Notes under the pieces: generated by a model | The model's input: the letters and a program-made list of their open reading frames with translations, nothing else | What the model was told of the DNA's origin: nothing | The model's database searches: none | Program-made: the position numbers and the translations under genes | NCBI GenBank assembly: GCA_965223905.1 | Contig: CBDCXV010000011.1 | Coordinates: 608,001 to 672,000 of the forward strand | Direction of reading: 5' to 3' | DNA length: 64,000 bases | DNA from: Candidatus Latescibacterota bacterium | Lineage (GTDB): Bacteria > Latescibacterota > UBA2968 > UBA8231 | In this document: piece after piece, positions 20,276 through 29,856 of the stretch | Layout of the letters: each line of letters opens with the position of its first letter | Position numbering within the stretch: the first letter of the stretch is position 1

Positions 20276-21354
20276 TCAGTTCCAGATCCGCAGAACCGCC
20301 GCGGCGATGGCGAAGTAGATCGTCAGCGACAGGACGTCGTTGAGGGTGGTGATCAGGGGCCCGGACGAAACCGCGGGATCGATTCCGAGGGCCCTGAAAA
20401 ACAGCGGCACCACCGCGCCAAGCAGCGCCGACAGGATGATCGCCGCGGCCATGGCAATGCCGACGCAGGCGGCGACGACCCCGGCCTCCGCCCACATCCC
20501 GGCCACCCCTCCTACCAGCAGCCCGAGGAACAGCCCCATGCCGAGGGCCGTGCGCAGCTCCCGCCACACCACATGCATGAGGTTCCGCTGCGGGAAGTTC
20601 TCGGTCGCCAGGCTGCGCACGGTGACGGTGGATGTCTGAATCCCCGAGTTCCCCCCCATCGCCATGATCGCCGGCACGAACAGGATCAGCGCCCCGAGGC
20701 GGGACAGGAGATCCTCGAAGCGATCGATCACCGCCCCGCACGCCAGGGTGCCCGCGAGGCAAAGCAGAAGCCAGGGCAGCCGCCGCCGCATGACCGCGAA
20801 GGTCGAGTGCTCGCCGATCTCCTCCGAGCTCATCGCCGCCATCTCGTAGATGTCCTCCGTCGCCTCGTCGCGGATCACGTCGACGATGTCGTCGACGGTG
20901 ACCTGCCCGACGAGCTCCCCACCCTCCTCGACCACCGGCACTGCGAGCAGATCGTACTCGGCGAAGATGCGGGCGATCTCTTCCTGATCGACATCGACCT
21001 GCACCGATATCGGACCCGGCTCTACGAGATCCTCGATGACGGTCTCCGGATCGGCCAGAAGCAGGCGCCGCAGGGACAGAGTGTAGCCGCGTCCGCGGCG
21101 GCCAGGGTCTGCGCCGCCAGGCCGGCGCCAAGCAGGCCGAGAATTCGGGGGCGGCTCTCTTCCCCGAGACGCCGCACCAGGTCGGCGAGGTCGGCGGCAT
21201 GGTGGCTGTTGAGCACGAGCCGCAGGGTCCCTTCGTCTCCCCCCCGCAGCAGCTCCCCGCAGGTGTCGGCCAGGGTCTGCCGCTGTTCCCGCAGGCTTCC
21301 CGGCTCCAGCCTCTCTTTTCGCGGCTTCAGTACCGGCGGCGTGGATTGTGACAT
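20276..21354 (-). pseudogene. mgtE: Magnesium transporter MgtE with apparent internal deletion and frameshift near 21083
   Basis: N-domain HHAADLADL (21022..21354 frame) jumps to TLSLRRLLLAD...DQEEIARIFAEYDLLAVPVV...VTVDDIVDVIRDEATEDI...RLPWL...MGGNSGIQ...IDPAVSSGPLITTLND. About 100 residues (rest of N-domain and first CBS) are missing. Confidence 0.85.
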
Positions 21355-21462
21355 GGGCTCCTGATCCTCCTGGTATGGACTGGGTTCGACGGGGGCTCAC
21401 CGAAAGGTAGGGAGAGCCCGTAACAGCTGTGTGTCACTTTGCCCGACGCCGCGGCGATCCCT

Positions 21463-21668
21463 GGCAGCCCGGTGAAAAAGGCCATCCGGGCTGTGCCCGG
21501 TTCTTGGGGTGCGGACCTCCGGGTTCGTGAAAACGCTCGGAGGAGCGTTCCGAATACGGGGGGTTGTGCTCCATCCCGATCCCCTGCGATTCGACCCGGC
21601 CGCGCGCCTTGTCATGGACCCCAGCACCCGGCCTTGCCTGCAGCGCTAGCTTATCGACCGGGCCTGCT
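21463..21668. mobile_element. MITE-like repeat, copy 2 (~205 bp)
   Basis: Left end ggcagcccggtgaaaaaggccatccgggct; core gatcccctgcgattcgacccggccgcgcgccttgtc; right end ttatcgaccgggcctgct. Homologous to 11064-11264. Confidence 0.7.
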
Positions 21669-21733
21669 CAGAGGTGCTTGCTGGGAAAAAAGGCGATCCG
21701 TAGACTCACACTACCCAAGAAGGAGCATGGCGG

Positions 21734-22474
21734 ATGCCAGGAAAACTCGAAGGCAGAACAGCACTCGTGACCGGTGGCGGGCGCGGCATCGGCGAAGCGA
21801 TATGCCGGCGCTTCGCCGGAGAAGGCGCCCGCGTGGCGGTCGCCGATATCGATGCGGATACCGCGGAGGCGACCAGCGCCGACCTGCCGATTCCCGGCTT
21901 GCCGATTCGGATGGACGTTTCCTCGACCAGGGAGGTCCGCGAAGGAGTCGATCGCGTCGCCGCGGAGTTCGGCCACCTCGACATCCTCGTCAACAACGCC
22001 GGATACCTGGTACACACCAAGGTTCACGACTGTTCTGAAGAAGAGTGGGACAAGCAGATCGACATCAACCTGAAGGGGATGTTCTTCTGCTCACAGGCGG
22101 CGCTGAACCTGATGATGCCTCGCCGCCGGGGGGTGATCCTCAGCATGAGCTCACTCGCCGCCAAGAACGGAGGGCTGGCGGCCAGCGCTCCCTACGCCGC
22201 GGCCAAGGGGGCGATCTTCACCTTGACCATCACCCTGGCGCGCTACGCGGCGCCCCACGGCATCCGCGTCAACGCCCTGGCACCGGGAGTCATCGACACC
22301 CCGATGACGCGCGGCCTCTCCCCCGACCACGCCGACCTCGCGAGCACCATTCCGCTTGGAGAAAAGGGGCAGCCCGAGGACGTTGCCGCCTGCGCCCTTT
22401 TCCTCGCCTCGGACGACGCCCGCCACATCACCGGTGAAACCGTGGACGTCAACGGCGGGCTCTTCATGGATTGA
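21734..22474 (+). CDS. Short-chain dehydrogenase/reductase (FabG-like)
   Basis: TGGGRGIG, NNAG, YAAAK, NALAPG, AGGAG RBS. Confidence 0.92.
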   Translation: MPGKLEGRTALVTGGGRGIGEAICRRFAGEGARVAVADIDADTAEATSADLPIPGLPIRMDVSSTREVREGVDRVAAEFGHLDILVNNAGYLVHTKVHDCSEEEWDKQIDINLKGMFFCSQAALNLMMPRRRGVILSMSSLAAKNGGLAASAPYAAAKGAIFTLTITLARYAAPHGIRVNALAPGVIDTPMTRGLSPDHADLASTIPLGEKGQPEDVAACALFLASDDARHITGETVDVNGGLFMD

Positions 22475-22551
22475 TACTGCAGGGACTGCGGCCGTGGTCC
22501 CTTGATGAACCGAACTGCTACAGGAGAGTGCGGCTTGCGGCGTGCCGCCTT

Positions 22552-23361
22552 TCAGGCGGGGGCCCTGCCTCCGGCGAGCTCCTTCAGCAGAGCGCGGTAC
22601 CCATCCTCGCCACCGCTTTCCCACGCATCGAGCAGGACGGATCCGACGATGGCGATCTCGCCGCGGCCGTGCAGGAGCTCGACGTCCTCCCGCTGGCGCA
22701 GGCCGAACCCGACGGCCAGCGGCAGCCGGGTCGCCGATCGGCAGCGATCGACGAACCGGTACAGGCCCTGTTCCAGCTCGGTCCGTTTCCCCGTCACCCC
22801 CTTGCGCGCCACAGCGTAGACGAAACCGCTGGCAAGCTCGCCGATTGCAGCCAGGCGATGCTCCCTGTTGGTGGGGGTCATCATCAGGATGGGGCTCAGA
22901 CCGTTGTCGCGGCTGAGGTCGAAGAGGTCCCCGTACTCTTCAATGGGAAGGTCGGGGAGGATGAAACCGGCCGCGGCCGCGGCGCGCAGACGCTCGCAGA
23001 AGACCTGGTGGCCGAGCTTGTACGCAGTGTTGTAGTACCCCATCATCAGGTGGGGAATGGAAAAACTCGCCGTCGCCCGGGTCATGAAATCGAAGTACTC
23101 GTCCACCGAGAGCCCGGCCTCGAGGGCGAGCTGGTTGGCGCGCACGAAGGTCGGACCGTCGGCGACCGGCTCGCTGAACGGCATCTGCAGCTCGACGAGG
23201 TCGACCTCCACCTCCTGCATGATCTCGAGCATGCGCCAGTTCGCTTCGAGTGACGGGAAGCCGACGATCAGGTGGGCCATCAACAGGATGGCGCGGTCGT
23301 CGCGAACCAGCTCCGCGCGTACGTGATCTTCTATTGTTTCCTGGCGCAAATGAGTTCCCAT
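22552..23361 (-). CDS. trpA: Tryptophan synthase alpha chain
   Basis: VELQMPFSEPVADGP, MMGYYN, ILPDLP, GFVYAVARKGVTG, LAVGFG, IVGS. Confidence 0.93.
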   Translation of the reverse strand: MGTHLRQETIEDHVRAELVRDDRAILLMAHLIVGFPSLEANWRMLEIMQEVEVDLVELQMPFSEPVADGPTFVRANQLALEAGLSVDEYFDFMTRATASFSIPHLMMGYYNTAYKLGHQVFCERLRAAAAAGFILPDLPIEEYGDLFDLSRDNGLSPILMMTPTNREHRLAAIGELASGFVYAVARKGVTGKRTELEQGLYRFVDRCRSATRLPLAVGFGLRQREDVELLHGRGEIAIVGSVLLDAWESGGEDGYRALLKELAGGRAPA

Positions 23362-23455
23362 GGAGTCGGGCGGAACAGGCAGGACCTGGGGGCATAGTCC
23401 AGGCGGCTTGAAGAAGCCCGGCGAGAGAGTGCAACGCCGCCAGCCGGCGTGATAT

Positions 23456-24727
23456 TCACAGCCGCGACGCCTTGTCCTTGAGGAATCCCTTCCACTTCTC
23501 ATCCTCGAGAGCGTCGCCGATCGTGAAGATGTCCTTGTCGCCGCGGCCGGAGAGATTGATCAGGAGGATCCGGTCGCCCCGCAGCTCGGCCGCCTCGCGC
23601 AGGGCTCCGGCGACGGCATGCATGCTCTCGAGCGCGCCGACGATCCCCTCGCTGCGCATCAGCCTGCGCAATCCGGCGATCACCTCCTCGTCCGTTGCCG
23701 CTTCGAAACGCACGCGTCCCGATCGGTGCAGGTGGGCGAGGATGGGACTTACCCCGATGTAGTCGAGGCCCGCCGCCACCGAGTGCGTGTCGAGCATCTG
23801 CCCCTCGTCGTTCTGCAGGAAGTAGGTCTTGTACCCTTGGGCAACACCGGCCGAGCCTGCCTTCCCGGCAAGGCGCGAGGCGTGGTGGCCGGAATCGAGC
23901 CCAAGCCCGCCCGCCTCGACGCCGACCAGCTCGACCTCGGGATCGTCGACAAAGCCGAGGAACATTCCGGTCGCGTTCGAGCCTCCGCCGACGCAGGCGT
24001 ACACGCGATCGGGCAGACGGCCGCACTTCTCCAGCATCTGCTCGCGCGACTCGCGCCCTATGACGTGCACGAAGCGGGCGACCATCGCCGGAAACGGGTG
24101 CGGGCCGCAGGCCGTGCCGAGCACGTAGTGGGTGTCCTCCATCGAGAAGGCCCAGTCGCGGAAGCACTCGTTGATCGCGTCCTTGAGGGTGGCGGTGCCG
24201 TCCTCGACGGAGATGACCTCGGCCCCGAGCTGCTCCATCCAGAAGACATTGGGACGCTGGCGCTCGACATCCTCCGCCCCCATGTAGACGGTGCACTGCA
24301 GCCCGAAGCGCGCCGCCATGGTTGCGGTGGCGACGCCGTGCTGTCCGGCTCCGGTCTCGGCGATCACCCGCTTCTTGCCCATGCGGCGGACGAGGAGTCC
24401 CTGCCCCATGACGTTGTTGATCTTGTGAGCGCCGGTCTGGTTGAGGTCTTCCCGCTTGAGGTAGAGAGAGGGACCGTCGAGTTCGGCAGAGAGGTTCTCG
24501 AGACGGGTGATCGGGGTGGGCCGGCAGGAGTAGGTGCTCATCACGCGGTGGAAGTCCTCCCAGAAGGAGGGATCCTCCGCGGCCTGGTAGAAGGCATCGG
24601 TGAGCTCGTCGAGAGTGGTGCGCAGAATTTCGGGAACGAAGGCGCCACCGAACTCGCCGTAGTACCCATCCCGGCTGCCGGGGCCGATCAGGGAAGCGAG
24701 GATGCTGCCGGCTGGCGGTGCGGACAC
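23456..24727 (-). CDS. trpB: Tryptophan synthase beta chain
   Basis: GYYGEFGGAFVPE, LKREDLNQTGAHKINN, IAETGAGQHGVA, CVGGGSNA, LSGRGDKD. Confidence 0.96.
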   Translation of the reverse strand: MSAPPAGSILASLIGPGSRDGYYGEFGGAFVPEILRTTLDELTDAFYQAAEDPSFWEDFHRVMSTYSCRPTPITRLENLSAELDGPSLYLKREDLNQTGAHKINNVMGQGLLVRRMGKKRVIAETGAGQHGVATATMAARFGLQCTVYMGAEDVERQRPNVFWMEQLGAEVISVEDGTATLKDAINECFRDWAFSMEDTHYVLGTACGPHPFPAMVARFVHVIGRESREQMLEKCGRLPDRVYACVGGGSNATGMFLGFVDDPEVELVGVEAGGLGLDSGHHASRLAGKAGSAGVAQGYKTYFLQNDEGQMLDTHSVAAGLDYIGVSPILAHLHRSGRVRFEAATDEEVIAGLRRLMRSEGIVGALESMHAVAGALREAAELRGDRILLINLSGRGDKDIFTIGDALEDEKWKGFLKDKASRL

Positions 24728-24743
24728 TGGCTGGTAGCAGGCC

Positions 24744-26153
24744 TCAGCCGAGGCCAGCCCGCCTCAGGGCGTCTGCGAGCGCATTGCCCGCCACCTGGTT
24801 GTCGACTTCCTCGGCCTGACGCTTGCGGAACTCCTCGAGATTGCTGTCCGCCTCCATTTTCTCCGCCCGCTTCATGGAAAGGCGCAGCCGGCGGCGGCGG
24901 GAATCGATCTCGAGAACGGCGACCTTGACCTTGTCGCCGATGGAGACTACATCGCGTGGGTGGTTGACGCGGCGCTCGGCGAGTTCCGAGACGTGGACCA
25001 TGCCGCGCACGTTGGGCGCGAGTTCGACAAAGGCGCCGTAATCCTCGACGGCGTCAACCGTGCCCTGCACGATTTCACCCTTCTCGAACTGCTTGCGCAC
25101 CTGATCCCGGGGATCCTCCTCCAGCGCTTTGATCGACAGCGAGATACGCTCCTTCTTGGGGTCTCCCAGGTTCTTTGTCCTGATGACGCAGACGGTGATC
25201 TCCGCACCCTCCTCGACGACCTCCCGGGGATGCTCGACGCGCTCGTGCCGCATCTCCGAGACGTGAATCAGGCCCTCGACCCCGGACCCGAGATCGACAA
25301 ACGCCCCGAAGGACTCCAGGCGGGTAACCTTTCCCTTCAGCCGGGCCCCTTTTACGATCTGCTGCCGGACCTCGGCGGCCACCTTGTCGACCTCCGCCTG
25401 CAGCAGGGCGCGGCGCGACAGCACGATGTTGCGTCCGTGGTCGCGGTAGCGCAGGATCCGGAACTGCAGCGTCTGCCCGCGGTACTCCTCGGTGCTCTTT
25501 ACGGGACGTGTGTCGATCTGGGATTTGGGACAGAAGGCGCGCGTCCCCTGAATTTCGACGCCGAGGCCCCATTTGTTCACCGCGGTTACCTTTCCCTCGA
25601 CCGGCATTCCCGACTTGAAGGCTCGGTAGAGCATGTCCGCCTGCCGCTGATCCTTGCTCAGAAATCGGGAGAGGACGATCTCCTCTTCCGTGCTGACGAC
25701 GTAGGCCTCGAGCGGATCCCCGGTGCCGAAGACCATCTCTCCCTCGTCGTTCATCAGCTCGCTCGCCTGGATGACCCCTTCGCTGCGGCCCCCGAAGTCG
25801 ACGAAAGCGTTTTCCCCTTTCACCTGTGACAGCACACCGCTGATTTTCTCGCCAGGGACCAGTTCCTGCGTGCTGCCTATACCGGGAGAGGCATCGAGCA
25901 TGGCGGCAAAATCCGCGGATTCCGGGCCGCCCTCCGCCTCTTCGACAGGGCCGCTCTCGCCGTTCCCCTGGTTCATCCCGGGAGGCGGTATCTCCTCGGG
26001 CGGCATGGACTCTCCCGCAGACCGGTCTGCCGACACGGCACTCTCGACCGTGGCGGTGGCTTCCGGGGGGCTCTCTTCTGGTTCTCCCGCCAGGTGGGTC
26101 GGAGCGGGGGCCTGGTCTTCCCGTGCCGGTTCTTCTGTTGAAGGCTGATTCAT
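24744..26153 (-). CDS. S1 RNA-binding domain protein (RpsA-like, four S1 domains, acidic N-terminal extension)
   Basis: Repeated S1 motifs: AFVDFGGRSEGVI, RAFCPKSQID, FGAFVDLGSGVEGLIHVSEM, YGAFVELAPNVRGMVHVSEL. Confidence 0.85.
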   Translation of the reverse strand: MNQPSTEEPAREDQAPAPTHLAGEPEESPPEATATVESAVSADRSAGESMPPEEIPPPGMNQGNGESGPVEEAEGGPESADFAAMLDASPGIGSTQELVPGEKISGVLSQVKGENAFVDFGGRSEGVIQASELMNDEGEMVFGTGDPLEAYVVSTEEEIVLSRFLSKDQRQADMLYRAFKSGMPVEGKVTAVNKWGLGVEIQGTRAFCPKSQIDTRPVKSTEEYRGQTLQFRILRYRDHGRNIVLSRRALLQAEVDKVAAEVRQQIVKGARLKGKVTRLESFGAFVDLGSGVEGLIHVSEMRHERVEHPREVVEEGAEITVCVIRTKNLGDPKKERISLSIKALEEDPRDQVRKQFEKGEIVQGTVDAVEDYGAFVELAPNVRGMVHVSELAERRVNHPRDVVSIGDKVKVAVLEIDSRRRRLRLSMKRAEKMEADSNLEEFRKRQAEEVDNQVAGNALADALRRAGLG

Positions 26154-26202
26154 CTGGACGCTTCCTCCCTTGCGGAGTCGGCCGAGGGGACACCGGTGGG
26201 GA

Positions 26203-27171
26203 TCAGGTGAGCAGAAGTACCTTGCCCGTCGTGAGCCTGCCCTGAAGTGCGCGATGGGCGTCCGCGGCCTCGGCGAGCGGATAGCGGGCCCCGATTCGCA
26301 GGGTGAGCTCGCCGCTGTTGATCCAGTTCAGGACATCCCCGGCGCGTTGAAGAAGCTCGTCGCGGGTCAGGGTGTAGTGGGTCATCGTCGGCCGCGTCAC
26401 GAACAGGCTGCCCCCGGCACTCAGGAGCTGCGGATCGAAGGGCTCCACCGGACCGCTCGACTGCCCGAAGAGGACCATGTAGCCGCGGGGGCGCAGCAGC
26501 TCGAGCCCCTTCAGGAAGGTCGTCCTGCCGACCGAATCGTAGATGACGTCCACCCCTTCGCCCCCGGTGAGCTCGCGCACTGCTTCTCCGTACTCCACCT
26601 CGGTGTAGCGGATGACGTCGTCGGCACCGGCCTCGCGGGCGAGCTGCTCCTTCTCCTCCGTCGACACCGTGCCGATGACGCGGGCGCCGGCGCGCTTGGC
26701 CATCTGCACCAGCAGCAGGCCGACGCCCCCCGCAGCGGCGTGCACGACTGCGACCTTCCCCGCGGACAGGGGGTAGCTCCCGTGGGCGAGGTAGTGAGCG
26801 GTCATGCCCTGGAGCAGGGCCGCGGCTCCGGTCTCGACCTCCACCCCGTCCGGGAGCGGCACCAATTGTTCCGCGTCGACGCAGGCGAGCTGGGCGTACG
26901 AGCCCATGACCCCGGCATAGGCGACGCGGTCTCCGGGCGAAACACCCTTCACCCCGGAACCGATTTCCCGCACCACGCCGGCCCCTTCCATCCCGGGGGT
27001 GCAAGGCAGGGCGACGGGATAGAGACCTTCGCGGTGATAAGTGTCGATGTAGTTCAGCCCGGCCGCTTCGATCTCGATCAGGGCCTCCCCCTGCCCGGGA
27101 GCAGGATCGGCCACCTCTTCGTATTGCAGGACCTCCGCACCGCCTGTCTGGTGGAAACGCACCGCTTTCAT
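26203..27171 (-). CDS. qor: NADPH:quinone oxidoreductase (MDR family)
   Basis: GLNYIDTYHREGLY, PGMEGAG, LQGMTAHYL, HAAAGGVG, YDSVG, FGQSSG, TTGKVLL. Confidence 0.9.
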   Translation of the reverse strand: MKAVRFHQTGGAEVLQYEEVADPAPGQGEALIEIEAAGLNYIDTYHREGLYPVALPCTPGMEGAGVVREIGSGVKGVSPGDRVAYAGVMGSYAQLACVDAEQLVPLPDGVEVETGAAALLQGMTAHYLAHGSYPLSAGKVAVVHAAAGGVGLLLVQMAKRAGARVIGTVSTEEKEQLAREAGADDVIRYTEVEYGEAVRELTGGEGVDVIYDSVGRTTFLKGLELLRPRGYMVLFGQSSGPVEPFDPQLLSAGGSLFVTRPTMTHYTLTRDELLQRAGDVLNWINSGELTLRIGARYPLAEAADAHRALQGRLTTGKVLLLT

Positions 27172-27279
27172 CTCAAACCGCCTTCCAAACGTCCTTGCCA
27201 GCCCGCGACCGACAGATTCCGCGCCCGTTCATTCGTTGCTGCTGCGACCGCAACAGTCAAGTTCCACTAAATCCGAAAC

Positions 27280-28827
27280 TTAAGGTCGAGACTGGTTTTC
27301 GACAATCGAGGATTCGGTGCGCGGTTGCCGCAGGAACAGCACCGGGCTGTAGGCTCCGAGGAGCCTGCGGCGCCACCAGTTTCCGCTTTCTCCCCGTTCC
27401 TTTCGATCGGTGAAGCGGTAGTCGTACAGCAACGCCCGCACGTACCTCGGACGGGCAAAGGGACTGGATTCGATCAGGCCGGTCACCTCCGGGGAGCCCT
27501 GAAGCAACCGCGCCATCATGCGCTCGAACCAGGGGGCGCCCTGGTAGGTGCGGAGGGCGGCGAACCACATCTGCCAGTCGAGCCTGGGCATGTGGGGGGC
27601 AACGAAGGAGGGAGGGCGCCCCTGGTTCCCCGGTTTCCACTTGAATTCGTACGCCTGCCAATCTTCCCCGTCCATGCTGCACTCGACGACGATCTCCGGC
27701 CGCTCGGTAGTCATGACGGCGAACAGCCCGTAGCTGTTGGCGAGACGGAACGGCGCGAGCGATCGCCGCGTCTCCGCGAGAAATGAGGGCCTGGAGACCG
27801 GCAGCCCGACCGTGGCCGCCAGCTGCATGCTGCTGAGGAGCAGCAGAAGCAGGATCAGGGGCGGGACCAGGTACTCCCAAGGGAAGTGCCTCCTGTGAGG
27901 ACCGGGCCTCGGCCCCGGTTGCGGTGCGCCCGTGGGCGGCGATTTCCCCGGTACGAAACGCTTGAAAAAGCCGTCATCGAGCAACGGCACGCAGAGGAGG
28001 AGTACGAGCAGGTTGAAGAACCCGTAGTTGCCGGTCGCGACGATGACGACCTGCAGCAGGGCGAAGGCGGCCGCGGCACCCAGGCGGGCGCGGCACCCGG
28101 CGAAGATCGCGAACGGGGCGACCAGCTCGATGGCGAACGTCGCCAGCACCTCGCCGCTGTGAAACCACTCCGGGAGGTTATGGGCGTACCAACTCGTCCA
28201 GGACGGCAGCGGCTGCGTCTCGTAGTGGAAGTCCAGGGCGCGCAGATCCCTCCAGGCAGCGTCGCCGCTGGCGAGCTTGACGAACCCGGACGAAAACATC
28301 AGCCGGAACTGCAGCCAGCGCAGCAGCCACAACACCGCTCGCGAAGGGGCTGTCCACACCCATTGCGGCCGCCACGCCGCGGGCGACCAGAGGATGGCCA
28401 GGAAGCCGGTTTCGAGGAGCAGAAGGTCCCACTGAAAAGACAGGAATATCTGACCGGCGGTGAACAAGGACAGGTACAGCGCCCAGAGTCCTGCCGCGCA
28501 CACCGCAGGCGCCGCCCCTGCGAGCAGGGTGAGGGCGAGAGCCACCCCGAGTCCGCACTGGACGTCGAGAGCGGCGTCCCCGGAGCCCACCCAGCAGAAT
28601 GTCGGAACCCGCAGCCAGGCCGCATCCCCGAGCACGGCCCCGGCGCGCTCGAGGTACTCCCTCACCGGCAGGATTCCCCGGCTGCCGACAAGCCCTTGTA
28701 TCTGCACCCACAGCGAGCCGAAGGCGATCAGGTACACGACGGCGAGAAAGCGCAGGAACAGGGCCCGCACCAGCGCGCAGTCCCCGGATGGTGGTATCAG
28801 CCGCCGGATCGCACCGCTTCGGATCAT
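27280..28827 (-). CDS. Lipase maturation factor (LMF1) family membrane protein
   Basis: FLRFLAVVYLIAFGSL, FQWDLLLLETGFL, FHYETQPLP, TGNYGFFN, NSYGLFAVMT, PHMPRLDWQMWFAAL; ATGA coupling to the upstream gene. Confidence 0.9.
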   Translation of the reverse strand: MIRSGAIRRLIPPSGDCALVRALFLRFLAVVYLIAFGSLWVQIQGLVGSRGILPVREYLERAGAVLGDAAWLRVPTFCWVGSGDAALDVQCGLGVALALTLLAGAAPAVCAAGLWALYLSLFTAGQIFLSFQWDLLLLETGFLAILWSPAAWRPQWVWTAPSRAVLWLLRWLQFRLMFSSGFVKLASGDAAWRDLRALDFHYETQPLPSWTSWYAHNLPEWFHSGEVLATFAIELVAPFAIFAGCRARLGAAAAFALLQVVIVATGNYGFFNLLVLLLCVPLLDDGFFKRFVPGKSPPTGAPQPGPRPGPHRRHFPWEYLVPPLILLLLLLSSMQLAATVGLPVSRPSFLAETRRSLAPFRLANSYGLFAVMTTERPEIVVECSMDGEDWQAYEFKWKPGNQGRPPSFVAPHMPRLDWQMWFAALRTYQGAPWFERMMARLLQGSPEVTGLIESSPFARPRYVRALLYDYRFTDRKERGESGNWWRRRLLGAYSPVLFLRQPRTESSIVENQSRP

Positions 28828-29855
28828 CGGTTCAGGCCGGAAACCGAGACCAGGGCGCCGCTGCCCCGGCCCGGGTCCGCGCAGCCGATGAGGAGCTTGA
28901 GGGCGCCGTCGAACCCCGCGGTCCCAGATCCCGGAACGGCCAGGCCGGTAATCCGGGTCCCCCGATCCAGGCGAAGCCGCCAGTGCACCCCTTGCAGCTC
29001 CTGCCCCCGCTGGACGAAAGCGGTCACCCCACCGTCGACGGTGGCGGCGATCAGCAGGTCGCGGCTGCCGTCCCGCACCGCGGACAGACTCAGCAGCCGC
29101 CGCGCCTCGGCATCGGCCGGCCGGGAGAAGGAGAGCTCGGGACCGCGGCCGGCCATGACGTACACATCGAGCCGGCCGCCGATCTCCTCCACACCGGTCT
29201 CGACAACGAGTTCGCCGCGGCCGTCCCCGTCGAGATCGGCGAAACAGAGGTCCCCGACGTGGGCCCGCAACGGCGTGTCGGAGAGCAGCCGCCACGAACC
29301 GTCCGCGGACACCGAGGCGACGCGCAGCAGCGTGCTTGCGCCCCCCTCCCCGGAGGCTTCGCTCCAGGTCTCCGTCCAGGCGATCTCGACCTCGCCGTCG
29401 CCGTCGACGTCCCTGCAGTCGACGCGATTCACCCCCCCGGCAGCCGCTCCTGTGAAAGCGGGTACGCCGGTTTGGGGTACCGGGACGAGGCTGCCATCCC
29501 GAACTGCAATGACCGCCAGCTCACCGCCGCCGGCGACGATCAGCTCCTCTTTCCCGTCGCCGTCGAGGTCGGCGCCGGCAACGTCCCTGACGGCGTCGAA
29601 CATCGAGGCTGCCAGAGGCGCCGAGGAGGCGTCCGGCAGCACCTCGAGGCGGGCGGAATGATGCCGGTTCCGGGGAGAGAAACCCCCCACCCGCCCCCCG
29701 ACAGCGAGCTCGGCATCTCCGTCGCCGTCGATATCCACCAGGGCGATGCGCGGCGCCCCGATCTCCATGTCCGGGCGCATGGTCGTCCAGTCGATGGCGC
29801 TCGCGGGAGCGGAGAAACCTGCGGCGATCGCGGTCAGCAGAAGGAGCGGCCTCAT
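28824..29855 (-). CDS. Secreted FG-GAP/VCBS repeat protein
   Basis: Signal peptide MRPLLLLTAIAAGFSAPASA; four DxDGDG loops (DIDGDG, DLDGDG, DVDGDG, DLDGDG). Confidence 0.75.
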   Translation of the reverse strand: MRPLLLLTAIAAGFSAPASAIDWTTMRPDMEIGAPRIALVDIDGDGDAELAVGGRVGGFSPRNRHHSARLEVLPDASSAPLAASMFDAVRDVAGADLDGDGKEELIVAGGGELAVIAVRDGSLVPVPQTGVPAFTGAAAGGVNRVDCRDVDGDGEVEIAWTETWSEASGEGGASTLLRVASVSADGSWRLLSDTPLRAHVGDLCFADLDGDGRGELVVETGVEEIGGRLDVYVMAGRGPELSFSRPADAEARRLLSLSAVRDGSRDLLIAATVDGGVTAFVQRGQELQGVHWRLRLDRGTRITGLAVPGSGTAGFDGALKLLIGCADPGRGSGALVSVSGLNR

Positions 29856-29856
29856 G

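Noticed and set aside
21560-21675. NiCo- or M-box-type riboswitch upstream of mgtE (minus strand ctgagcaggcc...)
   Set aside because: The resemblance covers only a few bases and the segment belongs to the dispersed repeat also found upstream of a glycosyltransferase.
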